From positions 2,464,001-2,528,000 of the forward strand of contig OY969706.1 in NCBI GenBank assembly GCA_963702095.1: 64,000 bases of DNA. Direction: 5' to 3'. A program made the position numbers and the translations under genes. This stretch comes from Candidatus Bathyarchaeota archaeon. GTDB taxonomy: Archaea > Thermoproteota > Bathyarchaeia > Bathyarchaeales > Bathycorpusculaceae. The notes under the pieces are model-generated. The model saw only the letters and a list, made by a program, of their open reading frames with translations, was not told the origin of the DNA and did no database searches. Numbering within the stretch: the first letter of the stretch is position 1; each line of letters opens with the position of its first letter. Positions 1 to 9,659 of the stretch are shown here, in pieces.

Positions 1-344
1 ACAAGTCATTGTCTTCCGCACTGATTTGCAGATGGGTAAAGGCAAAATCGCCGCTCAAGCAGGCGCACGCGGCCATATCCGCCGCTCAAGACGCCTATGT
101 GCACCATAAGAAGTGGTGGGACGCATGGCTTTTTGAGGGGCAGAAGAAGGTGGCGCTTAAAGTGGCAACTGAGAAGGAGTTGTGTGAGTTGGAGGAGGCT
201 GCGGAGGATTTGGGGCTGCCCCACGCGTTGATTATTGACCGTGGTTTGACGCAGATTCCTGAAGGCTCCATCACCTGCCTGGGGATTGGTCCTGCCCCGT
301 CAGGAATGATCGACCGTTTAACCGGCCAATTGAAGCTGCTGTAG
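1..344 (+). CDS. pth2: Peptidyl-tRNA hydrolase Pth2 (5'-truncated by window edge; 1-nt frameshift near 64)
   Basis: Frame from nt 2 reads QVIVFRTDLQMGKGKIAAQAG and continues in the next frame as HAAISA...GQKKVALKV...IIDRGLTQIPEGSITCLGIGP...LTGQLKLL, the PTH2 motifs. Confidence 0.93.
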   Translation, partial: KSLSSALICRWVKAKSPLKQAHAAISAAQDAYVHHKKWWDAWLFEGQKKVALKVATEKELCELEEAAEDLGLPHALIIDRGLTQIPEGSITCLGIGPAPSGMIDRLTGQLKLL

Positions 345-352
345 GCGGTTGT

Positions 353-1708
353 TTGGCGGTTCCCACAGTTGACAAGTTGCTGGGCATGGACGCCTACGCC
401 ACCAAAACCGAGGGAATCGGCGGCGCCATCAAGCAGTCCGTGAACGATTTTATTGTCGAAGAAATTTTGGTTGACGGTTCCAAAGCAAGCATCAGCGGCG
501 CTGCCCCAAGCAGAGTAATTGGCTCCAAAGCACAGAAGCAGCGTTTTCTGTTGTGCCTGATGGTGAAGCGGAACTGGGACACTTTTATCGCGATAAAAAA
601 TGTTGCCAAGCCCTTGGGCATCGACCAAGCCTGCGTCCAGTTCGCAGGAATAAAAGACGCAAAAGCAGTCACCGCCCAACACATCACCATACAAAACGCC
701 GCTGTGGAAGACGCCGCCAAAATCGACGTCAAAGACCTAACAGTGGTCCCGATTGGCTATGTCCGCGAAATGCTCTCCCTCTTCTACCTTTTAGGCAACA
801 GTTTCACGATTACAATCCGAGACATCCAAACCCCAGAGCCAACCGTCACGGAGCAGATCAAGCAAACAATGAAGGAGATAGCGGCAGTCGGCGGCATCCC
901 CAACTACTATGGGCACCAACGCTTCGGCACCACCCGCCCCATCACCCACCTCGTCGGCAAAGCATTAATGCAGGGCAATTTTGAGGAGGCAGCGATGCTT
1001 TTTCTCTCTAAACCCAGTCCCCATGAGCACCCCACATCGAGGCAGGCTAGGCAGACCTTACAGGACACCCATGACTTCAAAGGGGCAGCCGAAAACTTTC
1101 CCAAGCAACTCCGTTTTGAACAGCTCATGCTCAGCCACTTAGCGCAGAACCCACAGGACTACGTGGGCGCTTTCCGACGGTTGCCGCTTAAGCTGCAGGC
1201 GCTTTTTGTTCAGGCACACCAATCCTACCTGTTCAACCGGTTCCTAAGTGAGCGTTTGAAGCGTGGTTTGCCCTTGAATTTGGCGGTGGAGGGTGATTTT
1301 GTGGTGGCGGTTGAGCGCTCAGGTTTGCCGTTGACGTCTGTGGTTAAGGCGGTGTCGGCGGCGACGCTTGAAGAAGTCAATCGGGGGGTTTTGGCGGGCA
1401 AGCTCCGTGTCGCCCTTCCCATTGTTGGGGCAAAGCAGAAGCACTCGGGCGGCGCCATGGGCGAAATTGTAGCTGAGGTGCTTGCCGCGGAGGGCGTCGG
1501 CGAAGAGCGGGGCTGGCTAAACGAGTTGTCTCGTGTAGGAGGCAGAGGAGGCTTACGCACAGCAGTCACACCTGTGAAAGATTTCAGGTTAAACAACGTT
1601 GAGGGCAATTCAGCACAGGTGACCTTTATGCTGCTAAGAGGCTGCTATGCCACTGTCCTACTCCGTGAATTGATGAAGCCCACTGACCCTGTGAAAGCCG
1701 GTTTTTAA
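353..1708 (+). CDS. truD: tRNA pseudouridine(13) synthase TruD
   Basis: DFIVEE, AGIKDAKAVTAQ (catalytic Asp), PNYYGHQRFG, QSYLFN, GCYATVLLRE motifs. Confidence 0.95.
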   Translation: MAVPTVDKLLGMDAYATKTEGIGGAIKQSVNDFIVEEILVDGSKASISGAAPSRVIGSKAQKQRFLLCLMVKRNWDTFIAIKNVAKPLGIDQACVQFAGIKDAKAVTAQHITIQNAAVEDAAKIDVKDLTVVPIGYVREMLSLFYLLGNSFTITIRDIQTPEPTVTEQIKQTMKEIAAVGGIPNYYGHQRFGTTRPITHLVGKALMQGNFEEAAMLFLSKPSPHEHPTSRQARQTLQDTHDFKGAAENFPKQLRFEQLMLSHLAQNPQDYVGAFRRLPLKLQALFVQAHQSYLFNRFLSERLKRGLPLNLAVEGDFVVAVERSGLPLTSVVKAVSAATLEEVNRGVLAGKLRVALPIVGAKQKHSGGAMGEIVAEVLAAEGVGEERGWLNELSRVGGRGGLRTAVTPVKDFRLNNVEGNSAQVTFMLLRGCYATVLLRELMKPTDPVKAGF

Positions 1709-1765
1709 TGCGTCGGTAAACTGATAAAGAAGTGCCTTCTTCATATGTAAAAGGAGCCGCATTTT

Positions 1766-2347
1766 ATGGAGCCACCAGCACCGCAACCCAAAGAGCAACC
1801 GCCTTACTGCGTAATCCCCGTTCACAGACCCAGCTGGAAAGAATACGCCTTCTTCTTCTCCTGCGGCATCTTAGTGAGCATACCCTTTACCCTCTTTTTT
1901 GGACAAGCCTACCCCTACTTCCCCACCGTCGTCGTGGTCGTGCTTCTCGCCCCTTTCATCGAAGAATTAGCCAAAGTGTTTCCACTGTTCTACCGCCACG
2001 GCGAAACCGAACGCAGCCTCGTCGTGCTGGGCATACTCATCGGCTTAGGGTTTGGCATCTCAGAATTCGTCCTCTACGTAGGCTTCATGGGAGTCGACCC
2101 CATCGTCCGAATCCCAGGAATAATTTTCCACGCTTCCAGCGCCGCCATAACTGCTTATGGTATCGCAAAAAAGAAGCCGCTGCCCTACTACCTCACAGCG
2201 GTTGGGCTGCATATGGCAAACAACTTTTTCGCGGTCACCGGCTACCCCATCATAGGCATCCTCGGCGATTTAGTAGTGCTAATTACAGCTTATTATCTGG
2301 CTTGGACATTCTACCATAAAGCTTCAAAGGATAAAATGGTAGTTTAG
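1766..2347 (+). CDS. PrsW-family intramembrane metalloprotease
   Basis: Multi-TM protein with APFIEELAK (EExxK), GLGFGISE, IFHAS and GLHMANN motifs. Confidence 0.8.
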   Translation: MEPPAPQPKEQPPYCVIPVHRPSWKEYAFFFSCGILVSIPFTLFFGQAYPYFPTVVVVVLLAPFIEELAKVFPLFYRHGETERSLVVLGILIGLGFGISEFVLYVGFMGVDPIVRIPGIIFHASSAAITAYGIAKKKPLPYYLTAVGLHMANNFFAVTGYPIIGILGDLVVLITAYYLAWTFYHKASKDKMVV

Positions 2348-2925
2348 GTTACCCGATCTGTGCGGGCTAAATCTCTGACGCGGTTCACGCCGTCGATTTC
2401 GTCTATGAAGTCGGCGACGGTTTTGGGTACGAGTTCGCGCCAGTTGTTGCCTTTAACCATTCTTTCACGGATAAGCGTAGACGTGTAGAGTTGCCTATCA
2501 AAAAGCGGCAGGTCCTTAACTGTGTAACCTGCCTCCGTAAACAGTCTCCGAGTCAAGGGCTCATTGGAGAACACTATGTCGAATTTAGGTGTGTAGCCTT
2601 CTACGGCGCTGACCCAGAGCATATGCAGGTGTACGTCGGGCACAGGCACAATCCACAGTTTGGCATAGTCAACTTTGGCTTCTTCGAGTGCACGGCGAAC
2701 CATCACCAACCGTTCCCCAGCCGTGAAGGGGTTGTGGTTGTTGTGGCTATACTGGGCGCTGCCGATGACAACCACCAGTTCATCTACGCTTTTGAGGGCG
2801 TATTTGATGGCGTCTTGGTGCCCAATGTGAAAAGGCTGGAACCTGCCAACGTAGAGGCCTCGAGTAACCACAGTGTATTCCCTGCTGTCTGGTTGCGCTC
2901 GGCTGCATTTATGATTTGCTATCAA
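2344..2925 (-). CDS. nadM: Nicotinamide-nucleotide adenylyltransferase (archaeal NadM); true start probably ~2874
   Basis: GRFQPFHIGH, IGSAQYSH..HNPFTAGER, SNEPL, TSTLIRERM motifs. Confidence 0.93.
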   Translation of the reverse strand: MIANHKCSRAQPDSREYTVVTRGLYVGRFQPFHIGHQDAIKYALKSVDELVVVIGSAQYSHNNHNPFTAGERLVMVRRALEEAKVDYAKLWIVPVPDVHLHMLWVSAVEGYTPKFDIVFSNEPLTRRLFTEAGYTVKDLPLFDRQLYTSTLIRERMVKGNNWRELVPKTVADFIDEIDGVNRVRDLARTDRVT

Positions 2926-2973
2926 AGGGTAAGCGCTAACCTTTTATGTAAAAAACGGTTTAAGGTCTTAACT

Positions 2974-3237
2974 ATGCCGCAAATCCGCAGCCCGCTTGGA
3001 TTAGCCCTCATTCTGATAGGAATCTTACTCATAATACCCGGCGCCATAAGCGTGTGGCTTGGAACAAACGGCATCGTAATCAACAGAACTGACCTTCATT
3101 TCGGCCCGACAACAACTGCTGAAATAACCTATGGGTGGGTTACGATTTCAATTGCGGTTGTGTTGTTTGTGGTTTTTGCTGTATTGTTTTTTACGAAAAG
3201 ATCCCTGCTAAGCAAGGAAGTTCCTCATTTTCCCTAA
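2974..3237 (+). CDS. Small two-TM membrane protein, unknown function
   Basis: ATG at 2974 after a TTTAAG box; 87 aa MPQIRSPLGLALILIG... with two hydrophobic segments. Confidence 0.6.
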   Translation: MPQIRSPLGLALILIGILLIIPGAISVWLGTNGIVINRTDLHFGPTTTAEITYGWVTISIAVVLFVVFAVLFFTKRSLLSKEVPHFP

Positions 3238-3252
3238 CAGACAACTTGTTTT

Positions 3253-3840
3253 TCAAGCGTACTTTTTTAGTACAAACTCCACTGGAAAAACCGCAAGCTC
3301 CCCGCCGTCGACTTTAACGGTTTTTGTTTCTGTGTAGCCCCGTTTTTCCCGATTAAGGAACCCCAATTTTACCCTCAAACCGCCTGCGCCGTAGCCGCCT
3401 AACCCCAAATCCGACTTTACCACACGATGGCAGGGCACAACTGGGGGGAAACGGTTGCATGCCATGGCGTTGCCGACTGCTCTGGCTCCTCCGCCCACGG
3501 CTTTGGCGATTGCTCCGTAGCTAGTGACGTAGCCAACTGGGATTGCGAGGGTGGCTTTGAGGACTTTTTTGGTGTATGCCGGCAACGTTTTGGTTGCTAA
3601 CGTCAATTTGACTTGGGGCTCTTTGCCGTCATAGATGTCTTTGAGAGCAGAAAGCACAGCTTTGGCTTGGGCTGTGGGTTCATGGAAAACTTGGAAGGGC
3701 ACACCAAACGGCAGATTCGAGAGTATGTTGCTTAGCGCTGTCTTTTGGTTGCTACTAAAAGTTGAGGCTACGAGTTCCTGTTTGTTTAGGGCGACTGCGA
3801 AGATGAGGTTGTCAAAGTTTTGACTGTAGACTTCTATCAA
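3253..3840 (-). CDS. ogt: Methylated-DNA--protein-cysteine methyltransferase
   Basis: IPVGYVTSYGAIA, ARAVGNAM, PCHRVV active site, GLGGYG. Confidence 0.93.
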   Translation of the reverse strand: MIEVYSQNFDNLIFAVALNKQELVASTFSSNQKTALSNILSNLPFGVPFQVFHEPTAQAKAVLSALKDIYDGKEPQVKLTLATKTLPAYTKKVLKATLAIPVGYVTSYGAIAKAVGGGARAVGNAMACNRFPPVVPCHRVVKSDLGLGGYGAGGLRVKLGFLNREKRGYTETKTVKVDGGELAVFPVEFVLKKYA

Positions 3841-3849
3841 GCCTAATCC

Positions 3850-4044
3850 TTAGAAGGGTATGGATAGGTTATTGTTAAGGTTTCTGCGGTAAAAACCTAC
3901 GTCCCCATGGCACTCCATGCAGGTTCCCACTAACCGCACATTATCCAAAGAGGGCTTAGACTGAAGCATGTTTCGAGCGGTTATGTCTATGTATCCGATG
4001 GGTTTTCCACATTTCTGGCATCGCAGGGGCTTATTTTCACTCAT
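3850..4044 (-). CDS. Small zinc-ribbon protein
   Basis: 64 aa with CQKC and CMEC pairs; co-oriented directly upstream of ogt. Confidence 0.6.
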   Translation of the reverse strand: MSENKPLRCQKCGKPIGYIDITARNMLQSKPSLDNVRLVGTCMECHGDVGFYRRNLNNNLSIPF

Positions 4045-4128
4045 AAACGCTCAACTCGCATGTGTAATAAAGTTATAAGTAAGCTTAATACATTGTCTTG
4101 TGTATTTAATCCGAAAAGGCGAAACTTT

Positions 4129-4839
4129 ATGGAAGGATATGGTCCACAACTCCCACAGTTACCTCAAATTCCACAAATTCCACTTATGCCGCAAGTGCAA
4201 GACCAACAGCAGCAATCGCAAAGCGGCAACCAAGCCCAGCAGGGGTACCCTTGGGTTCCAGGCGCAACCACCATCGGCGTCGTCTTCCAAGGCGGAGTCC
4301 TCCTTGCAGCTGAAAAACGCGTCACCTACGGCTACTTCATCGTGAGTAAAGGCGGCAAAAAGGTCTTCAAAATCACAGACCGCATCGGCGTCGCATGCGC
4401 CGGACTCGTCGGAGACATGCAGATCCTCGCCCGAGAAATGCAGGCGCAAGCCAACCTCTACAGCATGGACGTAGGCAGACCAATCACAGTTCGCAGCGCA
4501 TCTAAACTTTTGGCAAATGTGCTCTTTAACCGCCGCTATTCCCCACTTATCACACAGACCATTGTTGGCGGCTTAGACGAGGAAGGCGCATCAATCTACA
4601 TCTTAGACGTTTTGGGTTCACTTATCCCAGACAAGTACGCAGCGGTGGGTTCAGGCACAGAAATCGCCATCGGAGTCATTGAGGAAGGCTACAAAGACGA
4701 TTTATCCCTCGACGAAGCAAAGGAACTTGTTAGACGGGCAATCAAATCTGCCATCAGCCGTGATGCTATGAGCGGCGACGGCGTTGACTTTCTCATCATA
4801 ACCAAAGATGGCGTCACTGAAGAATCCGCAAAATTCTAA
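4129..4839 (+). CDS. psmB: Proteasome beta subunit with P/Q-rich N-terminal extension
   Basis: GATTIGVV..GVLLAAEKR, GLVGD, GSGTEIAIGVIE, RDAMSGDGVD; ATG at 4129. Confidence 0.93.
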   Translation: MEGYGPQLPQLPQIPQIPLMPQVQDQQQQSQSGNQAQQGYPWVPGATTIGVVFQGGVLLAAEKRVTYGYFIVSKGGKKVFKITDRIGVACAGLVGDMQILAREMQAQANLYSMDVGRPITVRSASKLLANVLFNRRYSPLITQTIVGGLDEEGASIYILDVLGSLIPDKYAAVGSGTEIAIGVIEEGYKDDLSLDEAKELVRRAIKSAISRDAMSGDGVDFLIITKDGVTEESAKF

Positions 4840-4912
4840 ACACCCTTTTCTCTTTTCAGTTTTGTTTATTCATGCAGCCACAAGATACTGCGTTGCTTAA
4901 GGAGGCAAAAAA

Positions 4913-5536
4913 TTGTCGTTTGAACTAATCCAGCAAGAAGGAGAATTCCTCGTTCATTTAGCCCGCCAAACCGTCAAGCGCTACTTAGAAAACGGCGGAA
5001 AAACTTCTCCGCCCAAAGACACACCGCAGAAACTGTTTACTAAATGCGGCGTCTTCGTAACCATAAACACCGTCAGGGAAGGCGAGAAGGCGCTTCGCGG
5101 CTGCATCGGCTACCCCTACCCCACCAATCCGCTGGTTGAAGCCGTCATCGACTCAGCCATAAACGCCTCCACCGAAGACCCCCGCTTCGACCCCCTTGAA
5201 CCCGTGGAGTTGGATAGGGTTGTGTTTGAAGTCAGCGTGTTAACGCCGCCTGAACTGGTTCAAACCGACAACCCCAAAGAGTACATCAGCAAAATCAAGG
5301 TCGGCGAAGACGGCTTAATCATCGAGAACGGCTGGCGTAAAGGGCTGCTTCTGCCTCAGGTACCCATAGAGTGGGGTTGGGGCGAAGAAGAATTCCTCTG
5401 TGAATGCTGCATGAAAGCAGGATTGCCCCCTGACAGCTGGCTAAACAAGAACACTAAACTCTACAAGTTCAAAGCCATCATATTCGAAGAAGAAGCACCC
5501 AACGGCGCAATCAAACGCTTAAACCTCAAAAAATAA
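4913..5536 (+). CDS. AMMECR1-domain protein
   Basis: GVFVT, LRGCIG, DPRF, EVSVLT, GLLLPQVP, CMKAGL motifs; GGAGG upstream. Confidence 0.9.
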   Translation: MSFELIQQEGEFLVHLARQTVKRYLENGGKTSPPKDTPQKLFTKCGVFVTINTVREGEKALRGCIGYPYPTNPLVEAVIDSAINASTEDPRFDPLEPVELDRVVFEVSVLTPPELVQTDNPKEYISKIKVGEDGLIIENGWRKGLLLPQVPIEWGWGEEEFLCECCMKAGLPPDSWLNKNTKLYKFKAIIFEEEAPNGAIKRLNLKK

Positions 5537-5537
5537 C

Positions 5538-6698
5538 TCAGTCGCCGATGCTCTCGATTATTTCTGTTGCTCGGTCTAAGCCGTTGTACTTGCCTGAAAA
5601 CTCAGATATGGCTTTTACGTTTTGAGTGTAGGTGTCGAGTTCAGACTCCATTTTGCCAACTGCTTTTTGGAGTTGCTTTGTGTTTTTGGCGATTATGCTG
5701 CAGTTCATCTTTTCGAGTTTAGCGGCGTTTCCCAACTGCTCGGGCTGCGTGGGAATGCAGATGCTTGGCTTCCCATATTTGATGACCTCAAAGCAGGTTG
5801 CGTGTCCGCCGCTGAAAATCACGTATTTGGCGTTGCGCATGGCTTCTTGGCGTTCCTCAGGTGTGAGCCAGGTGTGGAGTTCATAGTTGCCAATTTTGGC
5901 GGAGGCTTTCTTGCCTGGTGTACCCAAGCTGATGATGCATTTGCCCTTGTACTTCTCGAGTGCGGGCATCAGGGTTTTGAGGAGTTTGGCGCGGGTTCCA
6001 ACTGGTCCGCTGATGGGCGCAAAAATGTGTTCCTGCCTGCCCCTTACGGGTTTGGTGTCGACAAAGGACCCGACGTACTCAGTTCGGTCCGCCACCCCCA
6101 AATGGTTCAAGTCGCCGATGCTGTATTCGGAGACAGTGTAGGGCGGCGGGTTGTCGGGTATAACGACTTTTTTTGAGGCTTTGTAGTAGCGTTCGATGAA
6201 ACGTTCGCCGGGGCTCAGGAAAGACGAGAAACCGTAGCTTGGACGTATCATGTTCTCAACGTAGACCGATGGAATCCGCCATTTTAAGCCCAATCGGAGC
6301 GCGTTTATGTCCCCATCGGATACTATGGCGTCGGGGGCGATGCCGCGTATGTTTTCTCTAAGGTCGTAGTAGCGGTGAATTGTTTCCCAAGCGTTAGAAT
6401 TCTTCATTTCAAACTTGTTGAGCTCCATATTGAACAGAGGCAACGGAATAAACATGTTAAGAAGCGACGCGGAAGTCAAGATACCGTGGGCATTCTCATA
6501 CCATGAAATAGGGGTTACTTTATGCACGTTTGGGAATTCTGCTTTGAGCAACTCGTATGCTTTGCCGCCGCTGAAAAAAAACATTTCATGCCCATGCTCT
6601 TGAAGCCTTTTTCCCAGTGGTATAAGGCGTGAAACATGCCCCAACCCGAGTTCAGAACAACTAAGCAGCAATCGCATACGCTTCTCTAGTAAGTGCAT
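5538..6698 (-). CDS. GT-B glycosyltransferase (family 28/MJ1255-like)
   Basis: GLGHVSR N-terminal motif; FSGGHATCFE..YGKPSICIPTQPEQLGNA C-terminal motif. Confidence 0.8.
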   Translation of the reverse strand: MHLLEKRMRLLLSCSELGLGHVSRLIPLGKRLQEHGHEMFFFSGGKAYELLKAEFPNVHKVTPISWYENAHGILTSASLLNMFIPLPLFNMELNKFEMKNSNAWETIHRYYDLRENIRGIAPDAIVSDGDINALRLGLKWRIPSVYVENMIRPSYGFSSFLSPGERFIERYYKASKKVVIPDNPPPYTVSEYSIGDLNHLGVADRTEYVGSFVDTKPVRGRQEHIFAPISGPVGTRAKLLKTLMPALEKYKGKCIISLGTPGKKASAKIGNYELHTWLTPEERQEAMRNAKYVIFSGGHATCFEVIKYGKPSICIPTQPEQLGNAAKLEKMNCSIIAKNTKQLQKAVGKMESELDTYTQNVKAISEFSGKYNGLDRATEIIESIGD

Positions 6699-6774
6699 GA
6701 TTATATTTGAATTATAGCTTGGTTCAAACGAGTTACGGCAACTGTTTTAAACCTAATTAGCGTGATTAGAATGC

Positions 6775-7629
6775 ATGTTTATGCCAAGCCGAATCGTGGA
6801 GGAAAAGCTCAGGGCGCTCTTAGCTGACGACGTCGGAGAGGGCGATGTGACTGCAGCAGCCGTTATACCAACCGATTTGACGGTTAAAGCTGAAGTTATC
6901 GCTAAAGAAAACGGCATAGTCGCCGGAATCGAAGAAGCAGTTATCCTCGCCGAGTGTTTGGGGCTTAAAGCCACTGCAAAAGCCGCAGATGGAGACAGCG
7001 TCAAAAACAAACAGGTACTCCTCGAACTTTCAGGCAACGCCCAAACCATACTAACCGTCGAACGCACACTACTAAACGTCATGTCACGAATGAGTGGCAT
7101 AGCAACCAACACCCGCAGCCTCAAAGAACAGCTTGAAGCTGCTAAGGTTAAAACCAAAATTGCTGCCACACGCAAATCTGCGCCTGGACTCCTCTACTTC
7201 GACAAGAAAGCCGTAGCCATCGGAGGCGGCGACCCCCACCGACTCCACTTAGACGACATGGTTCTAATAAAAGACAACCACCTAGCAATCGTCGGTGGCG
7301 TTGAAGAAGCAGTGAAAAAAGCCAAAGCCAACACGTCTTTCACCAAGAAAATCGAGGTTGAAGTCACCACCCTCCAAGACGCCCTCAAAGCAGCTAAGGC
7401 TGGAGCCGACATTGTAATGCTGGATAATTTCTCGCCCCAAAAAGCCAAAGAAGCAGCAGACAAACTGCATAAGGCTGGGTTGGGCAGTGTTTTGCTCGAG
7501 GTCAGCGGCGGCATTACCCCCGAAAACCTCTTAGATTATGCAGCAGCACAAGTCGACGTCATCAGCATGGGTGCGTTAACAAACAGCGTAAAGGCGCTTG
7601 ATATTAGCTTGGAAATAGTCAAGGGTTAA
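6775..7629 (+). CDS. nadC: Nicotinate-nucleotide diphosphorylase (carboxylating)
   Basis: GDVT, ER..LN...MSGIAT, TRKSAPG, HRLHLDD.VLIKDNH, EVEV, MLDN, SGGI motifs. Confidence 0.95.
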   Translation: MFMPSRIVEEKLRALLADDVGEGDVTAAAVIPTDLTVKAEVIAKENGIVAGIEEAVILAECLGLKATAKAADGDSVKNKQVLLELSGNAQTILTVERTLLNVMSRMSGIATNTRSLKEQLEAAKVKTKIAATRKSAPGLLYFDKKAVAIGGGDPHRLHLDDMVLIKDNHLAIVGGVEEAVKKAKANTSFTKKIEVEVTTLQDALKAAKAGADIVMLDNFSPQKAKEAADKLHKAGLGSVLLEVSGGITPENLLDYAAAQVDVISMGALTNSVKALDISLEIVKG

Positions 7630-8210
7630 ATGTGGCCTGTTATCTGCCAAGCCTCCACAATAGCACCTATCGCCAACAGCACTGTGGAAGCAACGATGGA
7701 TACACCTGCCCACTCCAGTTCATTCCAGCGCCCCTGCAGCATTCTGCGGAAAAGCCAGATGCTCTGAGCCATAGCTATGGAGTAGGCAAAGAATTCCAGC
7801 CAGAAAACCGGTCCCGACATCAAATCCAAGACACCTAGAAGAGTGGATTGACCCTGAACCATGCTTATGGCGTTCAATCCCACACCCGTGTTATACAGTA
7901 CAAATAATCCGATTCCTGAGCCGAGCAGCGGCAGATACATCAGTAGGCAGAGGGTGAGGTTGTTGAAGTAGATATTTTGGACTAAATCATTGTTGGTTAT
8001 GGCTTGGGTTAGGGTCTGCCTGAGGCAGTCATGTAACGTTGTAGCAGCGCTGTAGCTGAGGGGGACTGAACTGCCGATTACTAAAACAATAACTGAGACA
8101 AGCAAAACCAGCAGTACAGAGTAGATACGCTTCTGTTTCGGTTGTGCATTGCGCCAAAAAGATAGATCGAGCTTCATAATTTTTGCCGTGACTTGAAAAA
8201 AGGAGTGCAT
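7626..8210 (-). CDS. SpoIIM/DUF95-like membrane protein (paralog 1)
   Basis: IYFNN..LCLLM..P, NTG, WLEFFAYSIA, LLAIGAIVE; similar along its length to the adjacent ORF. Confidence 0.7.
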   Translation of the reverse strand: MHSFFQVTAKIMKLDLSFWRNAQPKQKRIYSVLLVLLVSVIVLVIGSSVPLSYSAATTLHDCLRQTLTQAITNNDLVQNIYFNNLTLCLLMYLPLLGSGIGLFVLYNTGVGLNAISMVQGQSTLLGVLDLMSGPVFWLEFFAYSIAMAQSIWLFRRMLQGRWNELEWAGVSIVASTVLLAIGAIVEAWQITGHI

Positions 8211-8269
8211 GCCGCTTTAAAAAGTCTAGGCATAGTGTCAACCCATTGATAAGGAATACACGGGGTTGC

Positions 8270-8914
8270 TTAGGCCCCAACCGACAGTGCATAGGTCTCC
8301 ACAAAAGCGCCGATAACCAGCAGCAACGCGGCAACACCAATGAATATGAGGAGATACTTGACTTCTCGTCTTAACTCATTTTTTGCACGCCACTGCAGTA
8401 TCCTGCGGAACAGCCAAATGCTCTCAGTCATGGCAATAGTGTAGGATACGTATTCAAGCAGAAACACCGCTCCTATTAGGCCCAAAGTCAGGATTGCGGT
8501 TTCTGGCGAAATGCTCGGTAAAGGTGTGGGTGAGAGGGGTGGGATTGGCGTTGCAGAAACCCCTGGAACGGGCGTTGCACCGAAGCTGCCGGCTTGTATT
8601 TCAAAAACAGCCCTAAAAGCTTGCCCAGTAGTGAACAGGATGAATAAGCCAATGGCGGCTCCTGCAAGCGGGACAAACATGAGCAGGCAGAGGGAAAAGT
8701 TGTTTATGAAAATATCCTGAGGCAACGTACCGGCGGCGGTGCCCTGCGTGACAGTTTGGTTTAGCTGGTCACTTATCAGTCTTGCTTCTTCGGCGCTGAC
8801 TGGGATTGCCAGCCCAATCAAAGTAGCCGCCACCGCGATCAAAAACATAAAGACAAGTGAGTAGAACCTTTTCTGTTTAGGCGTAGCTTTGAGCCAAAAC
8901 TGTGGGTAATTCAT
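8270..8914 (-). CDS. SpoIIM/DUF95-like membrane protein (paralog 2, with Pro/Thr-rich loop)
   Basis: IFINN..LCLLMFVP, LLEYVSYTIA, LLVIGAFVE; tandem paralog of 7626-8210. Confidence 0.7.
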   Translation of the reverse strand: MNYPQFWLKATPKQKRFYSLVFMFLIAVAATLIGLAIPVSAEEARLISDQLNQTVTQGTAAGTLPQDIFINNFSLCLLMFVPLAGAAIGLFILFTTGQAFRAVFEIQAGSFGATPVPGVSATPIPPLSPTPLPSISPETAILTLGLIGAVFLLEYVSYTIAMTESIWLFRRILQWRAKNELRREVKYLLIFIGVAALLLVIGAFVETYALSVGA

Positions 8915-8928
8915 CTTTAATCATCCTT

Positions 8929-9630
8929 CTATGTCGACGTTATCTTGAGGGCACGAAAACCTCTTGCTACAGGGTTTAACGTTTCAGACAATTTAACCTT
9001 TTTTAAAAACCCTTCAGCGTCCACTGCGTAACTGTGAAGGTCATGCTCGCCAGCAATAAGCGACTGCACCCAAACCTGACCATCAATCACAGTTAAGCGG
9101 CAGTTCAGCGGTAACCCCAAAAGAATCTTCTCGTCCCCCTCGACAGCTCTTTGACAAGCAAAAACTGTTGCTTCAGCGGCTACGGTTAACTCTGCAATCC
9201 GCACAGGCACACTTTCTTTTCCGAGGGCAAGCATGTCAATACCGTGGAGACGCCTGATTTCAGCCGCGATTCTTCTTAATCGGGGCAGAATTTTTAGGAT
9301 GTTTTGCCGCCCAGTCCTCGACGCCCTCAAATTCGACAACTCCACAGGCGAGAGCTCCTCCAGTGAAACCCCGCCCAACGACATATCCAAGTGAACCACA
9401 TCTGCCTTCACCTTTGCGAGCAGACGCTGGCACAATTCGGCTTCATGAACGATGACTTCGAAGCCTGTGTCGACTTCTTTGAAGATGGGTTCAGCCAGGC
9501 GAAACGCTGATGGCTCACGGTATGGCGGCTCAACAAGCACGGCGGCAGACGCTACTAAATGGGTTGGCTGGTATTGGTCGTTTAGGATGGCTGCGCCTGA
9601 ATCCGCAGAGATAATTCGCAAGTTATGCAC
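8929..9630 (-). CDS. Conserved archaeal protein, DUF4152-like
   Basis: LRIISADSGAAIL...AAVLVEPPY, VVHLDMSLGG, GKESVPVRIAEL match my recollection of the DUF4152 family. Confidence 0.7.
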   Translation of the reverse strand: MHNLRIISADSGAAILNDQYQPTHLVASAAVLVEPPYREPSAFRLAEPIFKEVDTGFEVIVHEAELCQRLLAKVKADVVHLDMSLGGVSLEELSPVELSNLRASRTGRQNILKILPRLRRIAAEIRRLHGIDMLALGKESVPVRIAELTVAAEATVFACQRAVEGDEKILLGLPLNCRLTVIDGQVWVQSLIAGEHDLHSYAVDAEGFLKKVKLSETLNPVARGFRALKITST

Positions 9631-9659
9631 CTACAAAAGATGAGGCTAAGGTGGCAGAA

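Noticed and set aside
3277-3290. ORB-like CTCCACTGGAAA sequence
   Set aside because: It is a single copy inside the ogt coding region, with no cdc6 gene or AT-rich unwinding element nearby.
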